DNA of 64,000 nt from Bacteroidia bacterium (GTDB lineage: Bacteria > Bacteroidota > Bacteroidia > UKL13-3), in the NCBI GenBank assembly GCA_044337585.1, contig JBIINH010000002.1, positions 1,212-65,211 of the forward strand. The letters are read 5' to 3'. The notes beneath the pieces are model-generated. The model saw only the letters and a list, made by a program, of their open reading frames with translations. It was not told the DNA's origin and did not search any database. This document shows, one piece after another, positions 1-8,719 of this stretch. The position numbers were made by a program, and so were the translations under genes. Each line of letters starts with the position of its first letter. The first letter of the stretch is position 1.

Positions 1-2416
1 TCTGTTTTTGGTCGGCAGGTTTTCTTGCATAGCGCGCGGGAGTGATGTTTTGACCCTGACCCGCCAAAAATTTTTCTTCCAAACTCAATATCTCCGATTC
101 GGCTAAGGTTTCGCTGGGCTCAAAGGTTTCGTATTGCAATTTTCCCTTGCGATAATGGGTAAGCATGCCGCCTGTTACTTCCAAAAAATGTTTCGCTTTT
201 CCTTTGTCAATAAACTGCTCTACCAGAAAATAGTCTTTTCTTGGAAACTCTTCCTTAGGTTTCAGTTGCAGATTTTTTGCCAACATCGCATCAATTAAAT
301 CAGATGAGCGAAACACACCTGAGGCATAATGAATCAGTTCAGCACGGTTTTTAATTTTTTTCACCGCACTGCTACAGCCATCATCAGCGGGTTTGGCAAT
401 AAGTGGGTAACCAATGGCTTCGGCTTGTTGTATCAGTTTAGCTTCATTCTTTTTCCATGCATCTTTATATACCAACATATGCTCAGCAACCATGAAGCCA
501 TGTTTTTTTAGCAACTTATTTGTTTCAAATTTATTGATGGTAATCTGCGAACTTGCTACACCGGAGCCGTTGTATGGAATATGAAGTTTATTCAATTCTT
601 TTTGTATAGTGCCATCCTCACCGGGTCTACCGTGCAAGGCTATAAAGACTGCATCGCAAAGTTTGCTCAACTCTTTGTAGGTTATTTTCTGAGGTTTGGC
701 CAGGGCATGTTTGCTACCATAGCGCAACAAAATGTCTTTGCATTCAGTTGCAATTTTTTCAATGATGGTCGATTTTTGATAGCGCATTGCTTTTTCCTTA
801 ATATCATCAGCATTGTCTTTTAGCATGATGTTTATCGGGATCAAATGCAATTCATGGTGATTATCGTCACCTGTTATCAATACGGGGAAAGGTGCATATT
901 TAGTTGAAGAAGCTAGTTTTTCATAAATATTTCGGCCACTTTCAACCGATATATGTCGCTCGGTACTGTATCCGCCCATCATCACAGCTACACGTATTTT
1001 TTTTGTTGCTTGTTTTTTATGGTTGTCAATGGCATTATCCAATTTTTGTAACAACAAAGCTGTATGGTGATGCGTAGTTTGTGAAGCAATGCGATCAGCA
1101 AGCGAGGTACGAATGATATAGGTTAAAAACTGAGAGGGATTTAATCCAATTTCGGCAGCCTGGTGAAAAAAGAAAGAAGACGGCATCATGCCAGATGTGG
1201 TATTTGGATCGTTCAAAAAAATCTTTCCATCTTTATTGATAAATCCGTCAATACGTGCATACACATGAAAGTTGAAGAGGGTGAAAAGCTTTTGGCAAGC
1301 AATGCGTATCTCCTCAATATTTTTTTCAGGCAAATCAATTGGTGTAATTTTGCGGCTAAGGCCGGGTAAATATTTGCTGCGGTAGTCAAAAACTTCTTTG
1401 CCTTTTACAATTTCGGTAGGAGGGAGTGCTATGGCTTTGCCTTCATCATTTTTTATAACAATACAACTGAATTCACGACCTTCAATAAATGATTCTATCA
1501 GACATTCCGATTCGCTGTAGTATCCTTCGAGTTCAATTTCCTTTGACTTCTTAAATTCTTTTTCAAATGCAGCATACAAATCATCGGGGTGGTAAATAAC
1601 TTGATTGTTAAGTATGCAAGGCAAACCAATACCTTCTTTTACATCAGTAATTTTTTGCAGCAATGCGATGCGTGTTTTATAATCAGCCTTAGTCCATTCG
1701 GCAGCTTTTATACGGTTGATAAAAAATGCATGGTTCACTGCTTGTTCAAAAGCCGATTGGCTATCCAATGCAATCACACTTACGCCAACCGATGAGCCTT
1801 GATTGGCAGGTTTTACCACGCACTGTGAATCAAATTGTTTTTTTGCTTCAGCAAACAACTGCTTCCGATTTTGCGTCATCCAAGCTTTTTTGGAAATGGT
1901 AAATGTATTTGGAGCCGGAAATCCGGAAGCAGCCATCAACTGCTTTTGCACCCGTTTATTCATGCCCAAAGCAGAGGGCAATATGCCCGAACCTGTATAG
2001 GGGATATTTAGCCATTCCAACAAGCCTTGTATGGTGCCATCTTCACCAAATTGCCCATGCAGTGCTAAAAAGGCAATATCAATTTTTGATTTTAGCTCAT
2101 CATGAGACAATACCTTGCCAAGTTTTTTTGCCATTGCCAACCCATTGTCTTTGTGGGCCGATTTCACATTTTCGGCATACAATTGTATCGGGTGTTTGCT
2201 GTTTTTAATAAATGCAACCGGAGGGTAAAAATCCCTAATGCTACCTTTATAGATTAGGTGCCAATCTAATTCGATAAACCGATTGAAACTATCAACAAAA
2301 ATGGGAACGGCTTGAAACAGGTTTTTATCAAGATTGTCATATACTGTACGGCCTCCAGCAAAGCTAACTTCACGTTCGCGGGAGTTGCCTCCAAAAAATA
2401 CACCTACTTTTATCAT
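1..2416 (-). CDS. Tandem D-alanine--D-alanine ligase-like ATP-grasp protein, partial (3' end runs off the window; more than 805 aa visible)
   Basis: Manual minus-strand translation from the ATG at 2416 gives MIKVGVFFGGNSREREVSFAGG...CVVKPANQGSSVGVSVI (Ddl module 1). The same frame continues without a stop into ...IRVAVMMGGYSTERHISVESG...LIAKPADDGCSSAVKKI (Ddl module 2). Both modules carry the Ddl N-terminal GG.S.ERE.S..SG motif and the KP...GSS ATP-grasp motif. The ORF track lacks this gene because it is truncated by the window edge. Confidence 0.8.
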   Translation of the reverse strand, partial: MIKVGVFFGGNSREREVSFAGGRTVYDNLDKNLFQAVPIFVDSFNRFIELDWHLIYKGSIRDFYPPVAFIKNSKHPIQLYAENVKSAHKDNGLAMAKKLGKVLSHDELKSKIDIAFLALHGQFGEDGTIQGLLEWLNIPYTGSGILPSALGMNKRVQKQLMAASGFPAPNTFTISKKAWMTQNRKQLFAEAKKQFDSQCVVKPANQGSSVGVSVIALDSQSAFEQAVNHAFFINRIKAAEWTKADYKTRIALLQKITDVKEGIGLPCILNNQVIYHPDDLYAAFEKEFKKSKEIELEGYYSESECLIESFIEGREFSCIVIKNDEGKAIALPPTEIVKGKEVFDYRSKYLPGLSRKITPIDLPEKNIEEIRIACQKLFTLFNFHVYARIDGFINKDGKIFLNDPNTTSGMMPSSFFFHQAAEIGLNPSQFLTYIIRTSLADRIASQTTHHHTALLLQKLDNAIDNHKKQATKKIRVAVMMGGYSTERHISVESGRNIYEKLASSTKYAPFPVLITGDDNHHELHLIPINIMLKDNADDIKEKAMRYQKSTIIEKIATECKDILLRYGSKHALAKPQKITYKELSKLCDAVFIALHGRPGEDGTIQKELNKLHIPYNGSGVASSQITINKFETNKLLKKHGFMVAEHMLVYKDAWKKNEAKLIQQAEAIGYPLIAKPADDGCSSAVKKIKNRAELIHYASGVFRSSDLIDAMLAKNLQLKPKEEFPRKDYFLVEQFIDKGKAKHFLEVTGGMLTHYRKGKLQYETFEPSETLAESEILSLEEKFLAGQGQNITPARYARKPADQKQ

Positions 2417-2567
2417 GGTTTAGCAATTGAAATATGGAAACAAATATACTCATGCTTGAAAACGCTATTAGGTTTATTGTTCACAAGTTTTGGCATGGTG
2501 TATGCTTTTGTTCATATAATAATTTAATTTTACCCCGTTTTAGTGCTTAAATAAATCCAACAGAGTT

Positions 2568-3068
2568 ATGAAAAAACTAGTATTATCCTTGGCTTTGGTT
2601 TTCACCATATTTGCTTTACAAGCTCAACAAAGGCAAACAATGCCTGAAATAAGTTTGAAAGATGTAAATGGCAAGAATGTGAATGTTGGTGACTATAGCC
2701 GTAGTGGAAAAATCACAATCATCAGTTTTTGGGCTACCTGGTGCACACCATGCAAAAAGGAATTATCAAATATTAATGATTTGCTTGACGAGTGGCAGAA
2801 AAAATATGATTTGGAGTTGGTGGCTGTTTCTACGGACAATTCAAGAAATGTACCTAAGGTAAAACCATTTGTGGAAGGACAGGGATGGGAGTTTGCTTGT
2901 TTGCTTGATGTAAATGAAGACTTGAAACGTGCTTTGAATGCGCCAATTATTCCTTTCACCGTATTGCTTGATAAAAATGGGGTAATTGTATATACCCACA
3001 CTGGATACGTAGAAGGCGATGAATTTATATTAGAAGAAAAAATTAAAGAATTGGTGGCAAAGCCATAA
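2568..3068 (+). CDS. TlpA/ResA-like thiol-disulfide oxidoreductase (redoxin family), secreted
   Basis: Signal peptide MKKLVLSLALVFTIFALQA; WATWCTPC thioredoxin-fold CXXC motif; 166 aa. Confidence 0.8.
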   Translation: MKKLVLSLALVFTIFALQAQQRQTMPEISLKDVNGKNVNVGDYSRSGKITIISFWATWCTPCKKELSNINDLLDEWQKKYDLELVAVSTDNSRNVPKVKPFVEGQGWEFACLLDVNEDLKRALNAPIIPFTVLLDKNGVIVYTHTGYVEGDEFILEEKIKELVAKP

Positions 3069-3255
3069 TCAAAGAAAAGCTAGTTCGGCAGTTTTTTTAT
3101 GGTTAAAGTTCTAAAAAGATGGCTGGTCAAAAATTCATGTATTAAGAAATGGCATTGATTCATTTGCTATAATAAATCATCGATTCATTCCCATTTGCCT
3201 CTTAAATCTTTATCTTATATCTAACCTAAGAACCTTAAACCCAAAACTTATAATT

Positions 3256-3297
3256 CATAACTCATAATTCATAACTCACAACTCATAACTCAAATAA
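3256..3297. repeat. Heptamer microsatellite (CATAACT/CATAATT/CACAACT), about 6 units
   Basis: Direct read: cataact cataatt cataact cacaact cataact caaataaact. It abuts the pcm stop codon, in the convergent region between the redoxin gene and pcm. Confidence 0.7.
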
Positions 3298-3298
3298 A

Positions 3299-3952
3299 CT
3301 ATTTCCACCCTTGCTCGCCCAATAGCGGTACAAAAGCAAAGTCGCTCAATTCAATTTCTTCAAAATCAGTAGGGCCTTTTCTTACCACTGTAATCATTTT
3401 CTGCTTTTGCAAATTGCCAACCGGAATTACCAATATGCCGCCAATTTTCAATTGTTGTTTCAATATCTCTGGAATAATGGGTGCCCCAGCTGTGACAATA
3501 ATTTTGTCATAAGGTGCATGTAAAGCCCAACCATTGGTTCCATCACCACACGTTAAAATAGGTTTGTAACCTAAAAAAGTAAGCATCTTTTGTGCTTTTA
3601 AAGATAGTTTTTCAATGCGTTCAATGCTGTAAACGTTTGCACCCATTGCTAATAAAACAGCTGCTTGATATCCCGATCCTGTACCAATTTCAAGAATCTT
3701 ATCGCCTTTTTTAACATGCAATACCTGTGTTTGAAAAGCAACGGTATACGGTTGAGAAATGGTTTGCCCTTCGCCAATTGGAAAAGCTTTGTCTTCATAG
3801 GCATGTGATTGGAAGGTAGAAGTAAAAAAATAATGTCGAGGAATTTCCATCATTGCTGCAAGCACAGCTTGGTCGTAAATTCCTTTTTGTTGCAAAAGTG
3901 CTATCAGCTTTTTGCGTTCGCCTTTTTGTTTATAGTCGTCTTTTAACACCAA
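3299..3952 (-). CDS. pcm: Protein-L-isoaspartate O-methyltransferase
   Basis: ILEIGTGSGYQAAVLLAMGANVYSIERIEKL SAM-binding motif and overall PCMT architecture; 217 aa. Confidence 0.85.
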   Translation of the reverse strand: MVLKDDYKQKGERKKLIALLQQKGIYDQAVLAAMMEIPRHYFFTSTFQSHAYEDKAFPIGEGQTISQPYTVAFQTQVLHVKKGDKILEIGTGSGYQAAVLLAMGANVYSIERIEKLSLKAQKMLTFLGYKPILTCGDGTNGWALHAPYDKIIVTAGAPIIPEILKQQLKIGGILVIPVGNLQKQKMITVVRKGPTDFEEIELSDFAFVPLLGEQGWK

Positions 3953-4116
3953 CGCAAATTAGGATATCCCTAGCCGGTTTACATTTCATTTTCACACATC
4001 GGAGGGTGACACAAAAGTTAAAGTGTATATTTTTATAGGACACTTTTCGCCTGAGCTGCATTTTCGTGAATAAGTGTTCTGTCATATATGTTCTTCGCTT
4101 CCTATTTTTGATGTGC

Positions 4117-5070
4117 ATGACAGTAATTAAAATCGGTCTTGTTGGCTCAAATGAATCCATACGCAAACATGCCCGCATGTTTCAGCATATAAGCGGTTAT
4201 GAGCTTACGGGAATTTATGATCACCAGCAAAACGAGGCCCATGCTATCGGTAAAGAATTTAATATTCTTGTATTTGATAGCCTTCAAAAAATTATTGAAG
4301 CTTCCGATGCACTTGATATTCTGACCCCTGTGGGTATGCATTATAAATATGCCTCACAAGCATTGATGCATTCTCGACATGTGCTATTAAGTGGGATTAT
4401 TTCAGAAGACATAAGGGAAGCAAGGCAACTCAATGATTTAGCTATTGAGGCGCAAGTGAACCTAAAAGTATTACAAGAAGATAAACTTCATCCTGAGGTA
4501 AAAAAAATAAAAAGACTAAGTAAGCGTCCTGTATATATAGAGTTAAATCGTTTTCAAAACAAAGTGCTGAGCATATCAAACGATTCATTAATATTTGGTG
4601 CCTTGCTCAATGACCTTGAATTGTTGACATATATCACAGGTTCTAATATTAGAAAAGTGACAGCCAATGCCACACAATTGTTTAATGATTTTGTAGACTT
4701 TGTTAACGTTAGACTTGAGTTTGAAAATGGCTGCACTTGCAATATTAACTGTGGCAATTTTGAAAATGGACAAAATAGCAATATGCGTATTTTCCAAAAA
4801 TCGGAGTGTATTCGCTTAGATTTAGAAACCTACCAAATTACCAAATTAATAAAAACAGACTTAGGCGAACTTGCAGAAGTGCCTTATCCAGCATCACGTA
4901 TTAAGCAAGAAGATTTGCTTGCAGAAGAATTGGCCGAATTTGCTGAAGCTGTGCATAACCGCAAACGAACTACCCAAGATGTATATCAAGCATATCAATC
5001 ATTAAAAGTAGCTCATCAGATTATTGAGAAATTCCATCCTAGTACCTTGTTTGATGTAGGGATGGTATAA
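4117..5070 (+). CDS. Gfo/Idh/MocA-like NAD(P)-dependent oxidoreductase
   Basis: N-terminal Rossmann-type start MTVIKIGLVGSNESIRKHA, used here instead of the upstream track ATG at 4066; about 318 aa. The family assignment is tentative. Confidence 0.5.
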   Translation: MTVIKIGLVGSNESIRKHARMFQHISGYELTGIYDHQQNEAHAIGKEFNILVFDSLQKIIEASDALDILTPVGMHYKYASQALMHSRHVLLSGIISEDIREARQLNDLAIEAQVNLKVLQEDKLHPEVKKIKRLSKRPVYIELNRFQNKVLSISNDSLIFGALLNDLELLTYITGSNIRKVTANATQLFNDFVDFVNVRLEFENGCTCNINCGNFENGQNSNMRIFQKSECIRLDLETYQITKLIKTDLGELAEVPYPASRIKQEDLLAEELAEFAEAVHNRKRTTQDVYQAYQSLKVAHQIIEKFHPSTLFDVGMV

Positions 5071-5096
5071 AAAAATAGTATGTTTGCTACGCAATT

Positions 5097-5987
5097 ATGA
5101 GTTCAAACCGAAGTTTACTATTTAGTTTTATTATTGCTTCAGTAGCTTTTTTAGGTTGCGAGTTTTCTGATAAAGAAGAGGCAACTGTTGCAGCATATGT
5201 ACACGTACCATCTCTTCAAATGCAAACGCCAATTGATGGCTCACAAGGCTCAAATACACATCAGTTTGAGGATGTATGGGTGTTTGCCAACAATACATTT
5301 ATAGGAAGCTATGGTGTTCCTGCTACTATCCCAATTCCAGTTTCGGGTGATGTAAACTTAAGATTTGAAGCAGGAGTGAAAAAAAGCGGACAAGAATACG
5401 AGCGCATCATTTACCCATTGATGAAATCATCATCAGGTAAAATGTTCTTAACACCAAATGTAGTTGATACCATCGTACCCAAATTCCAATTTTTTGAAAA
5501 CAGTGTATTTGCCTTTATAGAAGATTACGACCGTATTGGAACCAAGTTTATTATCAATCCATTGTACTCTGGACAGGGGGATACTATTATTCGATTTCAA
5601 GGAGCTGATGCACGGGAAAGTGGTAAAAATTCTGCCCGTGTTCTGATACGACCGGGAAGTACCGTTTTTCAAATGTACACCTCTGATGAATACACATTGC
5701 CAGGCTTCAATCAACCTGTATTTTTAGAGATGGATTTTAATGCAAATCTTCAGTTAGTCATAGGATACTATTACCAGGAGCCCAATCAGCCATCAAGTGC
5801 TGCGACAGAAATTATCAGGTTGGCCCCAACAAATGGGGAATGGAGAAAGATTTACCTTGCCTTAAATCAAGAAATTGCACCCCGTCCGCCAAATACTCAA
5901 TTTAAATTTTATGTTGGACTATTTAAAAGTGCCGACTTTGTAGCAGATGTAAGATTAGATAATATAAAACTTGTTTACCTTGATTAG
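5097..5987 (+). CDS. Hypothetical lipoprotein
   Basis: Signal peptide with lipobox ...VAFLGCEFSD; no recognisable catalytic motif; 296 aa. Its 3' end overlaps the downstream sugar transferase gene by 17 bp. Confidence 0.55.
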   Translation: MSSNRSLLFSFIIASVAFLGCEFSDKEEATVAAYVHVPSLQMQTPIDGSQGSNTHQFEDVWVFANNTFIGSYGVPATIPIPVSGDVNLRFEAGVKKSGQEYERIIYPLMKSSSGKMFLTPNVVDTIVPKFQFFENSVFAFIEDYDRIGTKFIINPLYSGQGDTIIRFQGADARESGKNSARVLIRPGSTVFQMYTSDEYTLPGFNQPVFLEMDFNANLQLVIGYYYQEPNQPSSAATEIIRLAPTNGEWRKIYLALNQEIAPRPPNTQFKFYVGLFKSADFVADVRLDNIKLVYLD

Positions 5988-7398
5988 GAAAAGAAGAAAA
6001 CATACAACCATATTTATTTTGTTCGATTATGTATCGGCAATGATATCGTGGTTTGCCTTTTTTGTTTACCGTAAATACTATATCGAACCCGGTAAATTTG
6101 GATATAGCATACCATTTGAAGCCAGTCAAAACTTTTATTTAGGACTGTTATACATTCCATTGTTTTGGTTGCTTCTTTATTATATCACTGGTACATACAC
6201 GGATATTTGGCGCAAATCTAGACTCAAAGAGTTAGCCAATACGTTTACCATTAGTTTGTTCGGTGTTGTTGTTATATTTTTCTTGCTCTTACTTGATGAT
6301 GAAATTGCGAGTTACAAAGATTATTACAACACATTTTTCACCCTGCTTGGTTTGCATTATGGTTTTACAATTTTTTTCAGGGTAATGTTTGAAACCTTTA
6401 TCAAATCTGGAATTGCAGTCGGAAGGTATGGTTTCCCAACTATCATTGTTGGGAATAATGCTGCAGCAGCAAAACTTTATGAAGATATTGCCAATGAAAG
6501 ATTTCCGAGTGGGTATTTAATAAAAGGCTTTGTGTGTAAAGATGGAACCTGTGGCGAAATGCCCAATGCATTGCCATGTTTGGGCAAATACACCGATTTG
6601 TCCGTATTGATAACAAAGTATAATATAGAAGAAGTGATTGTTGCCATCGAAAGCACTAGGCATAATGAAATTTTACAGGTAACCAATATTTTAGAAGAAG
6701 AAAAAGTAATTCTGAAAATTATACCCGATACATATGACTTACTCTCAGGCTCGGTAAAATTTGAAAATGTTGTAGGCCTTGCATTGATTGAAGTGAAACA
6801 CCAATTAATGCCTACATGGCAAGCCTGGTTGAAAAGAATAATTGATGTATTGGTTTCAGGGATTGTTCTTCTATTGCTGATTCCAATATTTATTATACTT
6901 GCCATAGGTGTCAAGCAATCATCAACAGGCCCCGTATTTTTCAAACAAATTCGCATTGGTAAGAATGGTAAACCATTTCATATTTTAAAATTCAGATCAA
7001 TGTATACCGATGCTGAAGCCGCTGGACCTGCTTTGGCAAGTAAGGACGATAAACGCATCACTTCAATAGGTAAAACATTACGAAAATATCGTTTAGATGA
7101 GTTACCTCAATTTTTCAATGTATTGATAGGAGAAATGTCGCTTGTTGGGCCAAGACCTGAGCGTAAATTTTATATTGATCAAATTGTGCAACATGCACCT
7201 TATTATAAGCAATTATTAAAAGTGCGACCGGGAATTACTTCTTGGGGAATGGTAAAATATGGATATGCCGAAAATGTGCAACAAATGATTGAGCGCATGA
7301 AATTTGATATTCTTTACATCGAAAACATGTCGCTTATCATTGATTTTCGAATTATGATATACACGGTTAAAACCATTGTGCAGGGTAGAGGAAAGTAA
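5971..7398 (+). CDS. Polyprenyl glycosylphosphotransferase (bacterial sugar transferase, WbaP/EpsL-like)
   Basis: N-terminal TM segments plus the C-terminal sugar-transferase domain: RIIDVLVSGIVLLLLIPIFII...PVFFKQIRIGKNGKPFHILKFRSM...DELPQFFNVLIGEMSLVGPRPE. Confidence 0.85.
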   Translation: MFTLIRKRRKHTTIFILFDYVSAMISWFAFFVYRKYYIEPGKFGYSIPFEASQNFYLGLLYIPLFWLLLYYITGTYTDIWRKSRLKELANTFTISLFGVVVIFFLLLLDDEIASYKDYYNTFFTLLGLHYGFTIFFRVMFETFIKSGIAVGRYGFPTIIVGNNAAAAKLYEDIANERFPSGYLIKGFVCKDGTCGEMPNALPCLGKYTDLSVLITKYNIEEVIVAIESTRHNEILQVTNILEEEKVILKIIPDTYDLLSGSVKFENVVGLALIEVKHQLMPTWQAWLKRIIDVLVSGIVLLLLIPIFIILAIGVKQSSTGPVFFKQIRIGKNGKPFHILKFRSMYTDAEAAGPALASKDDKRITSIGKTLRKYRLDELPQFFNVLIGEMSLVGPRPERKFYIDQIVQHAPYYKQLLKVRPGITSWGMVKYGYAENVQQMIERMKFDILYIENMSLIIDFRIMIYTVKTIVQGRGK

Positions 7399-7440
7399 AG
7401 GTTGCAATAAAAGTTGCTAATAGTTTGTGTTCAACAACTG

Positions 7441-8208
7441 CTATTTGGCAGTAGCCTGAATATATAGCTGGGTTAATTTTCTTTTGGTATCCAATGCAAA
7501 ATCGCCTTCCATCATCCATTTGTAATAGGAAGGTTCTACCTTAAATACATCCACTACTTTTTTGGCTTTGTGTTTCCCAAAATTAAATATGGCTTCTTTT
7601 TTGTCGTTCCAAATAATTCTGCCTGCTAAATCCACATTGCGAGATTGTCCGGAAAATTCATGAAGAAAATCCACATCGTTTTTAAGTTCCTTATATCGAT
7701 CTAATTGAGCAAGCAGCACTTCGTAAGTTGCGTCTACATCAGCCATTGCCGAGTGTGCATTTTCAAGTGGCTTGTCGCAATAAAATTTGTATGCAGCAGT
7801 GAGTGTTCGCTGTTCCATCATGTGGAAAATGCGTTGCACATCTACAAACTTGCGGTTACTTATATCAAACTCAACTCCGCAACGCAAAAACTCTTCGACC
7901 AACATTGGCACATCAAATTTGTTAGAATTAAATCCACCAAAGTCGCATCCTTCAAATGATTTGGCTAATTCTTTAGCCTTTTCTTTAAATGTTGGAGCAT
8001 CCTTCACATCCTCATCATAAATACCGTGTATCAAGGATGTTTCTGTAGGTATAGGCATTTCCGGATTAAATCGCATTTGCCATTCTTCTTTGGTTTGATC
8101 AGGATTCACTTTGATATAAGCCAGTTCAATAATTTTATCGAATTGGATATTTATGCCTGTTGTTTCTACATCAAAAATAACAAGTGGACGTTTTAGTGTT
8201 AGTTCCAT
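7441..8208 (-). CDS. DnaQ-like 3'-5' exonuclease domain protein
   Basis: Exo I motif VIFDVETTGIN, later H..AMADV (DEDDh family); 255 aa. Confidence 0.75.
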   Translation of the reverse strand: MELTLKRPLVIFDVETTGINIQFDKIIELAYIKVNPDQTKEEWQMRFNPEMPIPTETSLIHGIYDEDVKDAPTFKEKAKELAKSFEGCDFGGFNSNKFDVPMLVEEFLRCGVEFDISNRKFVDVQRIFHMMEQRTLTAAYKFYCDKPLENAHSAMADVDATYEVLLAQLDRYKELKNDVDFLHEFSGQSRNVDLAGRIIWNDKKEAIFNFGKHKAKKVVDVFKVEPSYYKWMMEGDFALDTKRKLTQLYIQATAK

Positions 8209-8209
8209 C

Positions 8210-8641
8210 TTAGTCTTGTGCCTTACTCACGTGGGGGTTGCTTTCTTTGAAACCAAAAATACCTAGATACACCCAACCGAGAATAAATAGCACGCCACCA
8301 AGTGGTGTTAATGGTCCAATAATTTTTAGCATATCACCAACGGTGATTTCGCGAGTTGATAGCAAGTACAACGAACCGCTAAATAAAACGATACCAATAC
8401 AAAACAGATAAAGTACTCTTTTTACCACATTTGAATGCAATCGTCTATACATACCCATCATTAATAAAATACCAATTCCATGATAAAATTGATAGGTAAC
8501 TCCTGTTTGAAAAACGGCCAAATGTTCAGCCGATATTCTGTCTCTAAGTGCGTGCGAAGCGAATGCTCCAAGCGCAACCGATAATCCGCAAACAATGCTA
8601 CCGGTGGTAATCAATTGCTTTTGAAGTGTCTTATTACTCAT
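8210..8641 (-). CDS. DUF423 (YgdD-like) small membrane protein
   Basis: 143 aa with four hydrophobic helices, resembling DUF423. The 1-bp gap to the exonuclease gene suggests co-transcription. Confidence 0.6.
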   Translation of the reverse strand: MSNKTLQKQLITTGSIVCGLSVALGAFASHALRDRISAEHLAVFQTGVTYQFYHGIGILLMMGMYRRLHSNVVKRVLYLFCIGIVLFSGSLYLLSTREITVGDMLKIIGPLTPLGGVLFILGWVYLGIFGFKESNPHVSKAQD

Positions 8642-8696
8642 AGGTTTTCACAATTATTTGTGCACAAAATAATATAATCTGCCAAATGTTTAGTTG

Positions 8697-8704
8697 TAAA
8701 TTTG
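8697..8704 (+). promoter_or_regulatory. Bacteroidetes sigma-A -7 box (TAAATTTG)
   Basis: TAnnTTTG consensus lies 16 bp upstream of the ATG at 8720. The track TTG start at 8702 falls inside the box, so 8720 is preferred as the start. Confidence 0.5.
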
Positions 8705-8719
8705 ATAACAAATCAACAC

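Noticed and set aside
329-2527. Several 60-100 aa plus-strand ORFs listed in the track across the first 2.5 kb
   Set aside because: They are shadow ORFs on the opposite strand of the long tandem-Ddl gene. The minus strand translates continuously with strong Ddl motifs.
6477-6956. 159-aa antisense ORF inside the sugar transferase gene, and similar antisense ORFs at 23683-24114, 41237-41602, 43669-44022, 47389-47787 and 55080-55466
   Set aside because: Each is fully embedded antisense to a gene with strong family motifs. None has a motif of its own. These are typical spurious ORFs.
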